The notes under the pieces were generated by a model that did not search any database, had not been told where the DNA came from, and was given only the letters and a program-made list of their open reading frames with translations. A stretch of DNA of 64,000 nt from Octopus sinensis (taxonomy: Eukaryota), in NCBI RefSeq assembly GCF_006345805.1, contig NC_043005.1, positions 99,820,001-99,884,000 of the forward strand, given 5' to 3'. Shown here in pieces: positions 13,309 through 24,338 of this stretch (positions are counted from its first letter, which is position 1; the number at the start of each line of letters is the position of its first letter). The position numbers and the translations under genes were made by a program.

Positions 13309-14351
13309 CCAGCTGAAGTGACTCAAAACATACACTCAGTTTATGGGAAAGAATGCTTGAATGAAAGAACTTGCAGAAGATGGTCTGCAAAATTCAGAAG
13401 TGGAGATTCCAGCCTTGAAGATGAAGATCAAACAGGACATCCACTTGAGTTTGATGATAAGCTCCTTGAGGCATTATTTGAAGAAAATCCTGCATTATCA
13501 GTTGAAGAATTGGCAATAAAGCTTAATTCAAACCATACAACTGTTCATCGTCATCTTCAACAACTTGGAAATGTTCCTAAACTTGGAAAATGGGTGCCTC
13601 GTGAATTGTCCAAAAGCAACGGCAAATCTTGAGTTGACATCTGCTCTTCTCGCCATTCTTGCAAACCTATTTCACCCTTTTTGGATAGACTTGTGACTGG
13701 TGACAAAAAATGGATCTTCTATCGAAATGTTAAACATCGTAAACAGTGGCTTAGTAAAAGGGAAAAAGCTCAACCACAACCAAGAAGGGAACTTCACGGA
13801 AAAAAAGGTTCATCTCTCTATCTGGTGGGATTGCAAATGAGTAATTCACTTTGAATTATTATCAGCTAATGCAACAATCAATGCTCAAGTCTATTGTCAG
13901 CAAAAATGCATTTGAACCAAGCTTTGAAGAAAAAAAGACCAGCTTTAGAGAATCGAAAAGGAGTGATGTTTCATCAGGACAATGTGCGACCCCACATGGC
14001 AAAGATCACATCACAGAAGATCGAAGATCTTGGTTGGGAAAAAATTCCTCATCCACCTTATTCTCCTGTCCTTGCTCCTTCTGACTCGCATTTGTTTCAT
14101 AGTTTACAGAATCATTTGGGAGAACATAACTCTCACAAGCCAGGAGGAGGTCAAAACTGACATTTCAGAGTTCTTCGCTTTGAAACCAGAAGAGTTTTAC
14201 ATTGATGGGATTAAAAAGCTTGTAAATAGATGGAAGGAAGTCACAGATAATCAGGGAAAGTACATTGATGATTCAATTTCAATTAAATATAACATTGGAT
14301 CACTTGTTTTCTTTATTCAAAATTCGGACAGAACTTATGGGAGACCTGATA
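13309..14351 (+). mobile_element. Mariner (DD34D) transposon remnant, 5' end missing, 3' TIR present
   Basis: RRWSAKFRSGDSSLED, VTGDKKW, HQDNVRPH...YSPVLAPSD with 34 residues between the Ds. Ends GGACAGAACTTATGGGAGACCTGA-TA. Confidence 0.9.
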
Positions 14352-15771
14352 TAACACATTTTGTTATTTGCCTGCGAATGGTGGCATACAAAGTTTTGTG
14401 GTTTGGAATAACAGGAAATGGATACAGTTCATTTTTTTATATACATAATGGACGTACGTATAGTTAATCATACATATGAATAAAAATATAAGTTTATTGA
14501 GTGAGGTACCTTTTGAAAGTTCACCTGAGGAGATACAACTGAACTGAAGGATGCACCACAACCAGTTGTCCAGAATCTAGAGACCAATACAACATGGGTT
14601 AAAATGATTGTTGCGATTAATAAAGAATCACATGAATTCCATTTTTTCTCTCTGTCATTTGTTTTATACAAACACACACTCTTACTGGAACAGGCATGGC
14701 TTTGTGGTGAAGAATTTTGCTTCACAACTGTATGGTTTTGAAATTCCATCCACATCTCATAGTTAAATCAATGATACATTTTCTCCTGAATACACAGCTA
14801 AATGACTTCATGCTCAGCCACTCTCTCTCATCTTACCTGTACCTCACCTTATATACAGATAATCATCACTCATCACTCATCAGATCTCCTCTTTACTTTA
14901 ATCCTCTCCATCAGTCATAGATATTCCATGCTAAAGACCTTTCCACTATAGTGTGAGATTTTACACTTGTTAAACTTGCTTCAAACTAACATTAGATGAG
15001 AAGAGAAAGTTTTTGTTGGCTTCAGTTTTAACAATGCACTTAACCTCTACTATTCTGTTGCATTCATACACCTCCTCCCCAGTTCTACCAATTAGGTTAA
15101 AATCTAGAAACTAATGCAACTAATGATGGTCTGTGGCAGCAACCATTAATAAAAGAGTTTCAAGAACGCTTCCATTTAATTATTGTGAGGAGTTGAAGAA
15201 TGTAACGTTTAGATCTAATTAGATTAGAGAGATAGCAGAAATTATCTTCTCCATCTATGGAACTGTTTCAACAGCCTCGTGACTTCATTTCATATGTTTC
15301 ACTTAATAACTACTCCTCTATGTCTGTCACATCTCAAGTCCCAGTTCTCTGTCAGCCTATCAGAAACGACACTGTGCCTTCTTATAAATCTTGTGTACAG
15401 AGATATACGGTTTCATCTGTTTCTTCTGGCTACCATTCAGAATCACACTTCATGCTCAAGCATTATACAAATTGCTGGTGATTCAAAGAGACAATCCTTT
15501 GACAATCCCCTCCTGAACTTTTACTTAGTCTCCTATGCCACTGGCAACTTCTGGAGAGCCTTCTGAGCATTTGAGGGAATTTATTTTGCATAGATCCTAG
15601 CAATTTACATGCAGAGCTCCCTCTTTGTGATCCCAGTACAGTTTCTTGTGCATCCATAGTTTACACCGATTACATTTTATGGAATTTCTATCAACTGCTT
15701 TCTTGCATATCATAACACTTAATTTCTCTAGGGGGAGAATTCTGTATGCATACACATCCACAGTTGCTTAA

Positions 15772-15990
15772 CCTGTTAGCATTCAGATTATTGTTAAATG
15801 CAATGCTTATTTATTCCCAATGTTTTGAATTAATCATGCATTATCTTGTAATTTCAAGTTTTCAATGATGTCACTGCTTATTTCTAAAATGGCATTCTTG
15901 TGTAGATGTGAGAGGCTAGATCTGACTAGTTTAATCTTAAAACAAGGTAGAATATTTTGGCAGGATATGGCTAGTTTCAATGTGAAAGGG
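15772..15990. mobile_element. piggyBac-like MITE flanked by TTAA
   Basis: TTAA-CCTGTTAGCATT ... AATGTGAAAGGG-TTAA imperfect terminal inverted repeats. Confidence 0.55.
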
Positions 15991-17269
15991 TTAATTAGAT
16001 ATAGATATATATATATATGAAATAAACAGGTAGATAAATCAATATACAGATATATGTGTATACACAACCTCAGTCATATTTATGGTAATGCGAAGAGAAA
16101 TGTGTGTGTGAGTGCGAATGTGTGTAGTCATATTTCTTAAGTGACAATTTCATTAAAAGTCTGAAGAAAAGATTTAAAACTAATTTTATTCAATATAGCT
16201 TCTCTTCCTTTTCACTAAACATAACAAAAAAATAAATAAAAGTAATTAAAAAAAAAAGTGCTCAATTAAACTTTTATTGAATAGAAATTAATTTACTTCT
16301 TTTGAATAGCTTGAATTTGAGAATCATAACTCTGATGGCAAATATGGAATCCTTTGATTACAATGGAACTTTTGCTTTAAACAAATTACCTGAATAAATC
16401 AAATCTACATTTGGCCTGAATACCAAAATATGTGTTCTATGATTTACCATAATGCAATTGACTGCATTGCAATAAAATCTTGCAATATCACATCTTACAC
16501 TAATGCTGTTTGTCTAATCTTATTAAGTACAATTGAAGCAGTTAGATGGAATTAGGAGATCTGGCAAGAATAACACAGATAAAGACATATATGTTACATG
16601 CATATCAGGGAGGGAGGAGAAAGAGAGAGAGAGAGAAAACTCTTTGTAAGCATGTGTATGTACATGTGTGTGTGTGTGTGTGTGTGTGAGCGTATGTGTG
16701 CGTGTGGGTATAAATATATATTAGTATTTTAGCTGATAGTAACAATGTTGCTTCTGCTGTTGATTTTTGACTGAATTGCAGAAACATTTAAACTGATCAT
16801 GCTAACGACACTGGTAATTAACGAACGTGTGAGTGCAAGTGGTAGAGAGTATCAATTACACACACACACACACACACACACATACATGTATCAGATACCC
16901 ATTTCTTTACTACCCACAAGGGGCTAAACACAGAGAGGACAAACAAGGAAACACAAACGGATTAATTCGATTATATCGACCCCAGTGCGTAACTGGTACT
17001 TATAATGTTTCTGCCAGCTCGCCGCCTTAGAGACAGGCATCAAATACCTCAAGTGAAGACAAACCAACTTGAAACTGTTCGAATATTTATGTTTCTTTCA
17101 ATAATGGCCAGTGGGTAGCACGAGGACAGTTACAATGATGAGGTTGATGATGACACTGGGAAATTTGAATGAAAAAACAATAGATGATGAAAATAAAAAA
17201 CAATAGTGATACTCCTAAACAGGATTCAGTGTTGTAGTGGTCTGTGTGTGTGTGTGTGTGTGTGTTTCA

Positions 17270-17672
17270 AGGAGTTTTGTTGGTCCCTCACTCACCAGTG
17301 CCCCACTCATAATAATCAAGGGGGTTGCAGTGTGGGGAGTTTTGTGGCCAGATGTTAGGAGTGATATGGGTGCAGAAACTGTCTGACAGCCATGACTGGG
17401 TTGTCCTGCTTGTGTGACATAGTGCAGAGTCTTGTTGCCAGACACAGAGTCTCCCAGTAGCCACTCTCTTGACTGAGGGCAGCACTACCTCCTCCAAGCA
17501 CTTGATGTAGACCTTAGAGGCATAACGTCACCATCACACTAGTGGTCACTTCAAACACCTTGATGTTGACTGGATGTTTGAGTTTTATCACTCTTCGTAC
17601 ATGTCCTCAGATTGCACAGTCCCCTGATTGACACCCAAACACTCTGAAATGTGTGTATTTGCCCATCGCACG

Positions 17673-17707
<35 letters not shown>

Positions 17708-17888
17708 AATGTTGAACAATGTGGATGAGTTCTCAATACTACTTTGCTGGATAAAGATTCTACAGGTGTGCATTAAGGCTACCATTGGCTTCATGTTAAG
17801 AAAATATCTTTATTTGTGTATTGTGAAGATATTTAGATATTTTCTTAACATGAAACCAGTGGTAGCCTTAATACACAAATAGAGTGTA
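17270..17888 (-). mobile_element. Internally deleted Tc1/mariner DD37D (maT-like) transposon
   Basis: WQQDSALCH...WPQNSPHCNPLDY with 37 residues between the Ds. An N-terminal fragment lies at 17590-17660. Confidence 0.8.
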
Positions 17889-18038
17889 TGTATGTATGTA
17901 TGTATGTATGTATATATAAATATATATATATACATATCTATATATATATATATATATACATATATACATATACATATCTATATATACATATCTATATATA
18001 TATACATATCAAAATAAAAACATGATGCCAAGGATTCA

Positions 18039-18116
18039 GCGGTACATATGTTTCGGGCCTTTATTAGACAGATTTATAACAATGCATAATGTATGTCTCT
18101 GGCCTTCTTCAGCCGC
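18039..18116 (-). ncRNA. Type-I hammerhead ribozyme motif, left arm of the 454-bp palindrome
   Basis: GCGG-CUGAAGA-AGGCC...GGCCC-GAA-ACAUAUGU-A-CCGC with a perfect stem I. Confidence 0.75.
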
Positions 18117-18353
18117 GCACAACAGCTTCCACAAGGACATGTGTTACATCAAAAATTCTTGGTTGGGGATGCAAATCCTCTCATTCGCGTACGACACAAT
18201 GCGGCAACAGCATAGAATTGAAGCGTCCATCAAGAAAGAGATGGACGCCTCATTCTATGCTGTTGCCGCATTGTGTCGTACGCGAATGAGAGGATTTGCA
18301 TCCCCAACCAAAATTTTTGATTGTAACACATGTCCTTGTGGAAGCTGTTGTGC

Positions 18354-18430
18354 ATGGCTGAAGAAGGCCACAGACATACATTATGCATGTTATAAATCTG
18401 TCTAATAAAGGCCCGAAACATATGTACCGC
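18354..18430 (+). ncRNA. Type-I hammerhead motif, right-arm copy with weakened stem I
   Basis: AUGG-CUGAAGA-AGGCC...GGCCC-GAA-ACAUAUGU-A-CCGC. Confidence 0.65.
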
Positions 18431-18895
18431 TGAATCCTTGGCATCATGTTTTTATTTTGATCAATTTACTCCACCACCTACACCACCAAACGGTATACAC
18501 AGGTGCTTATAATTATCAAGTACTCACCCCGAATTTCTATATATATAATCTCATATATACATATATAAATTATAATATATTTTTTTTTGGAGTGGACGGA
18601 CGTCTATTTGTTTCTCTCCCAAGTCAGTAGCAAGCTACACAGCTTCAAAACTAACTGACCTTAATATATATATATTTGTAACCACGTGTTTGCCTACAAC
18701 CCGTAAGTACGTTTTCATTAACTACAAATTGTTATATACACCTGTTTTTCTTTTAATATCCTCAAACAACCAAATAAAAAAAAACTCACACCCTTAAGAG
18801 AGAACATTTATATATATATTACACTCTTTAACTCCCAAGAAAGAATATATATATTTTCAAAAATCAAAAGGAAAACAAACAAAAGAAAAACAAAC

Positions 18896-20126
18896 ATGAC
18901 TAACTTGCAGGCCTGCAACAGACGAAATTGGTCTGATAACGAAATTGATGTTTTAATAAACACTTGGTTCTCTCTTTCCCAAACAGAAAATCTAAATGTC
19001 TTGTGTTTGAATGAGATTGCCGAAAAAACATCCACAAGTGGTCAACACACGATCCGTCAAACAGATTCGTAGCAATGAAACATATCAAAGTATCTTTCAA
19101 ACTGATAAGAGGCCATTATGAAAAGCTTCTACATATTTCACAGTTCAAGAACAACAACAGCTAGAAAATCAGCAGCCACAACAAAACAAAACAACAGAAT
19201 GAGCCACTCCTGGTTCCAGCACAATGGCTGACCCTGACATCGGTCAGGCACAACAACAACAACAACAACAGCCACAGCAACAAGAACAACAACAGCCACT
19301 CCTCAACTCTAGCTTACTAGACGATTCACTAAATGCCAGTATCTTTTCACCGCTCTCACACAGCAACACCACAATTATCATCATCATCATCACCACCGCT
19401 GCCACCATCGTCTTCTATCACCAAAAATACCAACAGAAAACCAAATAAGAAACCACTGCCCTCTTCCCCCACATCACCACCTCAATACTACTGCAGTAAC
19501 AAAAACTTAAAGAAACATAGGAAGCAGAATGCGCCCCCCACGGCTCAAACAAGAAATCCCCAAATATGCCGCTATTCACTGCGCCAGAGACTCTGCACAA
19601 ATAGTGACTGCATCTTCACGCATCTACCCGGCACTAGACGCACTACCGGCCAAGGCCAAAGCATGCATCCCACCAATAACATCAACACACCAAATAGTAA
19701 ATCGAAATTCAAAACACACACAACTCGGAGTCCCAAAATCTGCCGGTATCCCAACGTGAGAGAACATGTCTACTGAGTGACTGTCCCTTCACTCATCTTC
19801 CAGGGACCCGACGCACAAACAGAAACGGGGCCTCAAGCCAACACACAAACCTGAATAACATAAAAAAATAGAAAACACCATGCTGCAGTAATGCTGGTCC
19901 AGTCTTTTCAGGAAGACACAAAAAACAACAACAACAAAAGTGGAAACTACAACCCTATCCAACAGTGCAACCACACCTCCAGCCAAAACTGCTCCCTAAG
20001 CAGGAAAATTCTTTTTTAGCCATGTTGAACATGGCAAAAGAGATACACAAAAACATTCTAGCCATCACTCAACACCATCCTATGCTATTACCCCAGTGCA
20101 CCAATTCCCCACATTGCTGCCACTAA
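18896..20126 (+). pseudogene. Frameshifted LINE ORF1: Myb/SANT-like N-terminus, poly-Q and Ser/Pro linker, two CCCH zinc fingers
   Basis: ATG at 18896 gives MTNLQACNRRNWSDNEIDVLINTW. Two C-x8-C-x4-C-x3-H units followed by LPGTRR occur at about 19565 and 19741, the second split by a frameshift. Stop at 20124-20126. Confidence 0.7.
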
Positions 20127-20328
20127 CACACACAAAAATCCAAGCCCCCTGCAACAGTCAAAACCAGCCACTACACTAACCTCCACATTTCTACTCAATG
20201 CACAAGGTGTCAGCCCTTCCATCAATGCACAAAAATGGAAGGTCCAATTCATTGAAGACTGGGTTGGTAACCATTCACACACCACATCCTTTCTTCATTC
20301 TCACTGAGACCCACCTTGACAACCCCAC

Positions 20329-23109
20329 TTGGAAGCCGAAGTGAGAGTGAAGAATTTCACAACCATCCGCGCGGATTGTATCGGCAGGAGGAAGGGTGGA
20401 ACTGCCATTTTCCTGCATGATTCATTTACGGCAGATGGAAATAGTATATTCTCCAACGGCTACTGTGAATCAGTCACCGTGCACAACAAAGCCAATGACC
20501 TGACAGTAATTGGGCTCTATAGGCCGCCCCAGACACCCATACTGTGCTTTAAAGAATGCCTCAACAGCATTAAGTGCTTTATTCAACAGTGCCATTCTAG
20601 CAACATACTCATGATGGGAGACTTCAATCTACCCTGTGTTGACTGGACTACAAACTGTTTGAAACCAAGCACTCCCGCCTCAACCGCTGACAAAGAAGCA
20701 GCAGAGTCACTTTTCGACTTTACGAATGAGTTTTTCTTGTCCCAACTTGTCCTTGCACCAACAAGACATCAGAACATTTTGGACCTAGTGTTTAGTAACC
20801 ACACTAACACTATACATAATGTTACAGTGGAAAAAACCCTTCTTTCAGACCATGACATGGTTCTCTGTAACATGAAATTCCACCAGCCGAAAGCTAATCC
20901 TAGTGACCTTCCTCCAGCCCACCCATTTGACAACATGGATCTCCATAAAGCCAACTGGGATGCAATCAGGAACGAGCTATCAAATGTTGACTGGTCCTTT
21001 ACACATACACACATCTCCACCAACCATAAAACATCTTGGCAGATCTTTGTAGACACCGTCACAGACATATGTGCAAAACACTCCCCACCAAGACCTGTGA
21101 ACACAAAGTGCAGAATCCCCCAAAACAGAAAAACCATTATCAGAAAAATAAAAAGAACAAACAAAAAAATTAACAAACTAAAGTACTTCCAACAGCAACA
21201 CACACATTCGACGGCTATCGCACTGCTTGAATCCAAAAAATATAACCTCCAACAATGCATGAAGACCCTCATCAATAACCAAAGATCAGCTGAGGAGAAG
21301 TGGGCCATTGAAAAAATCAAACTCAACCCCAAAGTGTTCTTTTCATTTGCGAGGAAACGCAGGGTCACTGTCTCCACTGTAGGCCCTCTAATTGACGAAA
21401 CTGGCACTCTCCAAGATAATGCCAAATCCATGGCCGAGATACTGCAGAAACAATACTGCTCTGTTTTCAGCAATCCTGATATGGCCGATCTGGGCTGTAT
21501 CAGTGATGTCAACCCCCAACACACTATATCGGACATAACGTTTAGTGCCCCTGATGTCTTAGCGGCGATAAACGAAATAAAACACAATTCAGCAGTAGGC
21601 CCCGATAGGTTCCCTGCTTGTGTCCTGAAGGTGTGTCGACACCAACTTGCATCTCCCCTTGCTAATCTGTGGAGAAACTCACTGGATGCTGGCTATATTC
21701 CAAAAAACCTTCTGTCCCAGTCTGTTGTCCCAGTTTTCAAAAAGGGAAACAAGTTCCTTGCAGTGAATTACCGTCCGATCTCACTCACCTCTCATATCAT
21801 CAAGGTATTTGAGAGGGTGGTGAGATCTCGAATAACCCAATTTCTGGAAAGCAACAGACGGCTGATCTCCAACCAACATGGGTTCCGTAATGGAAGGGAC
21901 TGCCTAACGCAGCTCCTGCATCACTTTGAGGACATTTTGAGAGCTTTGGGAGAGGGCTCCAACACCGATGTCATCTACCTTGATTTCAGTAAGGCCTTCG
22001 ACAGGGTCGATCACAAGATCCTATTGAAAAAACTATCCAACATTGGTGTCTCTGGAAAGTTACTGAAATGGATTAAGTGTTTCCTGACAGACAGATCTCA
22101 ACATGTTGTAGTTGAAGGGGTAAAATCAAGCCCAGCCAAAGTCAGTAGTGGCGTTCCGCAAGGCGCTGTGCTGGGCCCACTTCTTTTCATCATTTACATT
22201 AATGACATTAATGACATCATCAAGCACAGCAACATAAAAATCTTTGCAGATGACTCCAAGCTACAGAAGGTCATAAATGAGGCGAGTGACCGGACATGCC
22301 TTCAGTCAGATCTACTGGCTGTTATCCAATGGGCAGAAAAAAACAATATGCTGCTGAACGAGGATAAATTTGAGCTAATCCACTTTGGAAAAGAGGATGC
22401 CCTGAAACTCCCATACTCCCTTCCTTCAGGTGAAACTCTCGCGGCGTCCAACAACATCAGAGACTTGGGAGTAATTGTGGACAACAACGTAAGCTGGGCC
22501 ACTCATATAAACACCAAAGTTGACATGGCCCGCAGAATGTGTTCCTGGATTCTCAGAACTTTCCAGTCGAGAGATATCCACACCATTATCCTTCTCTTCT
22601 CCACTTTTGCCCGACCCCACCTTGAATACTGTTGTCCACTGTGGTCTCCCCACACAATACAAGGTATCATAAAAGTTGAAGCACCTCAAAGGGCAATCAC
22701 CAAAAAGATAGATGGCATGACAGGCCTCGACTATTGGGGTCGACTAGAAAAGCTAAAACTCTATTCTCTCCAACGTCGTCGTGAGCGCTACATCATCCGC
22801 ATGATGTGGAAAATATTCCATCAGCATTGCCCAAATGATGTTGGCATCACCTTTAAGGTACATCCAAGGCTTGGGCCCCGTGCCATCCGCCCAAAACAAA
22901 AATCGCACTCTCATCTCATAACAACAATACGGCACAATTATTTCACCTCAATTGGTCCCGCTCTCTTTAACATTACACCAAAACACATTAAAACAGAAAC
23001 TGACCCTATAGGGTTCAAGAAGTCTTTGGACAGATTCCTTCAAGAAATCCCGGATAAACCCCCTACACCCGGATATGTCTCTGTAAACAATAACTCTCTA
23101 CTTGCGTAG
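20329..23109 (+). CDS. LINE ORF2: APE endonuclease + reverse transcriptase (N-terminus extends to about 20180 across frameshifts)
   Basis: APE motifs GLYRPP, MGDFN, PTRHQNILDLV, SDH. RT motifs YRPISLTS, YLDFSKAFDRV, GVPQGAVLGPLLF, FADDSKL. CR1-type C-terminus RPHLEYCCPLWSP and YSLQRRRERY. FLLNAQG (20188) and ILTETHL (20297-20317, shifted frame) lie upstream. Confidence 0.95.
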   Translation: MEAEVRVKNFTTIRADCIGRRKGGTAIFLHDSFTADGNSIFSNGYCESVTVHNKANDLTVIGLYRPPQTPILCFKECLNSIKCFIQQCHSSNILMMGDFNLPCVDWTTNCLKPSTPASTADKEAAESLFDFTNEFFLSQLVLAPTRHQNILDLVFSNHTNTIHNVTVEKTLLSDHDMVLCNMKFHQPKANPSDLPPAHPFDNMDLHKANWDAIRNELSNVDWSFTHTHISTNHKTSWQIFVDTVTDICAKHSPPRPVNTKCRIPQNRKTIIRKIKRTNKKINKLKYFQQQHTHSTAIALLESKKYNLQQCMKTLINNQRSAEEKWAIEKIKLNPKVFFSFARKRRVTVSTVGPLIDETGTLQDNAKSMAEILQKQYCSVFSNPDMADLGCISDVNPQHTISDITFSAPDVLAAINEIKHNSAVGPDRFPACVLKVCRHQLASPLANLWRNSLDAGYIPKNLLSQSVVPVFKKGNKFLAVNYRPISLTSHIIKVFERVVRSRITQFLESNRRLISNQHGFRNGRDCLTQLLHHFEDILRALGEGSNTDVIYLDFSKAFDRVDHKILLKKLSNIGVSGKLLKWIKCFLTDRSQHVVVEGVKSSPAKVSSGVPQGAVLGPLLFIIYINDINDIIKHSNIKIFADDSKLQKVINEASDRTCLQSDLLAVIQWAEKNNMLLNEDKFELIHFGKEDALKLPYSLPSGETLAASNNIRDLGVIVDNNVSWATHINTKVDMARRMCSWILRTFQSRDIHTIILLFSTFARPHLEYCCPLWSPHTIQGIIKVEAPQRAITKKIDGMTGLDYWGRLEKLKLYSLQRRRERYIIRMMWKIFHQHCPNDVGITFKVHPRLGPRAIRPKQKSHSHLITTIRHNYFTSIGPALFNITPKHIKTETDPIGFKKSLDRFLQEIPDKPPTPGYVSVNNNSLLA

Positions 23110-23214
23110 GCCATAGTGCCCAAATTCTGACTTGAAAGACTTCACCAGGTGGTGCTATTAAGTTAGACATGGCCTGGGCCAATAATGACCGAAACCTATC
23201 AAAGTATCAAAGTA

Positions 23215-23522
23215 TACATATATAAATATATACATATCTATATATATACATATATAAATATATACATATATAAATATATACATATCTATATATATACATA
23301 TATAAATATATACATATATAAATATATACATATCTATATATATACATATATATAATATATATATACATATATAATATACATATATAAATATATACATATA
23401 TATATAATACATATATAAATATATACATATATAAATATATACATATATAATATATATATATAAATATATAATATATATATATATATTATATATATATATA
23501 TATACATTATATATATATATAC

Positions 23523-23617
<95 letters not shown>

Positions 23618-23650
23618 CATATATATATATACATATATATATATACATAT
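23215..23650. repeat. Compound AT-rich microsatellite with higher-order periodicity
   Basis: Recurrent CATATCTATA and TAAATATATA blocks. A similar array lies at 25510-25815. Confidence 0.9.
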
Positions 23651-23675
23651 AAAATATTATTCGAGACAAAACCAC

Positions 23676-23747
23676 TATCGTCTGCATAGCTGGCCAGAGT
23701 GGCTATCCAGGCATTTGAGGTCATATCTGAGAGGGTCACTATATATG

Positions 23748-23824
<77 letters not shown>

Positions 23825-24147
23825 ATATATATATATATATATTATATATATTATATATATATATTAATATATATATATATAATACATATATATATACATA
23901 TATATATGTACATATATATATACATATATATATACATATATATTATATATATAATATATTCATATATATATATACATATATATATATTATACATATATAT
24001 ATATATATACTATATATATATATTCATATATATATATTATATACATATATATATACATATATATATATATATACATATATTATATATACATATATATATA
24101 TATACAATATATATATACATATATATTATATACATATATATATATAC

Positions 24148-24186
<39 letters not shown>

Positions 24187-24229
24187 GATATATATATATA
24201 TAATATATATTATATATATATATATTATA

Positions 24230-24272
<43 letters not shown>

Positions 24273-24338
24273 TAGTGGCCCTCTCAGATATGACCTCAAA
24301 TGCCTGGATAGCCACTCTGGCCAGCTATGCAGACGATA
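23676..24338. repeat. 65-bp inverted duplication of the LINE 5' end around an AT microsatellite
   Basis: 23676-23740 is the reverse complement of 24274-24338 with one mismatch. Confidence 0.95.

Larger units (their letters stand above)
18008..18461. repeat. 454-bp near-perfect palindrome (arms about 223 bp, 8-nt loop)
   Basis: 18008-18231 is the reverse complement of 18240-18461 with few differences. Loop AAGAAAGA. Confidence 0.97.
18590..23214 (+). mobile_element. Near full-length CR1-group non-LTR retrotransposon (putative 5'UTR, frameshifted ORF1, ORF2, 3'UTR, (TATCAAAG)2 tail)
   Basis: 926-aa APE+RT ORF, upstream ORF1 fragments, and a 3'UTR ending in a tandem TATCAAAG tail at 23197-23214. 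The 5' boundary is approximate. Confidence 0.9.

Noticed and set aside
15257-15657. Protein-like ORFs of 64-95 aa in non-repeat DNA
   Set aside because: No recognisable motif, stops in the continuation and no convincing splice pair.
20769-21587. 272-aa minus-strand ORF and other antisense ORFs over LINEs
   Set aside because: They are shadows of the sense RT/APE frames, with no independent motifs.
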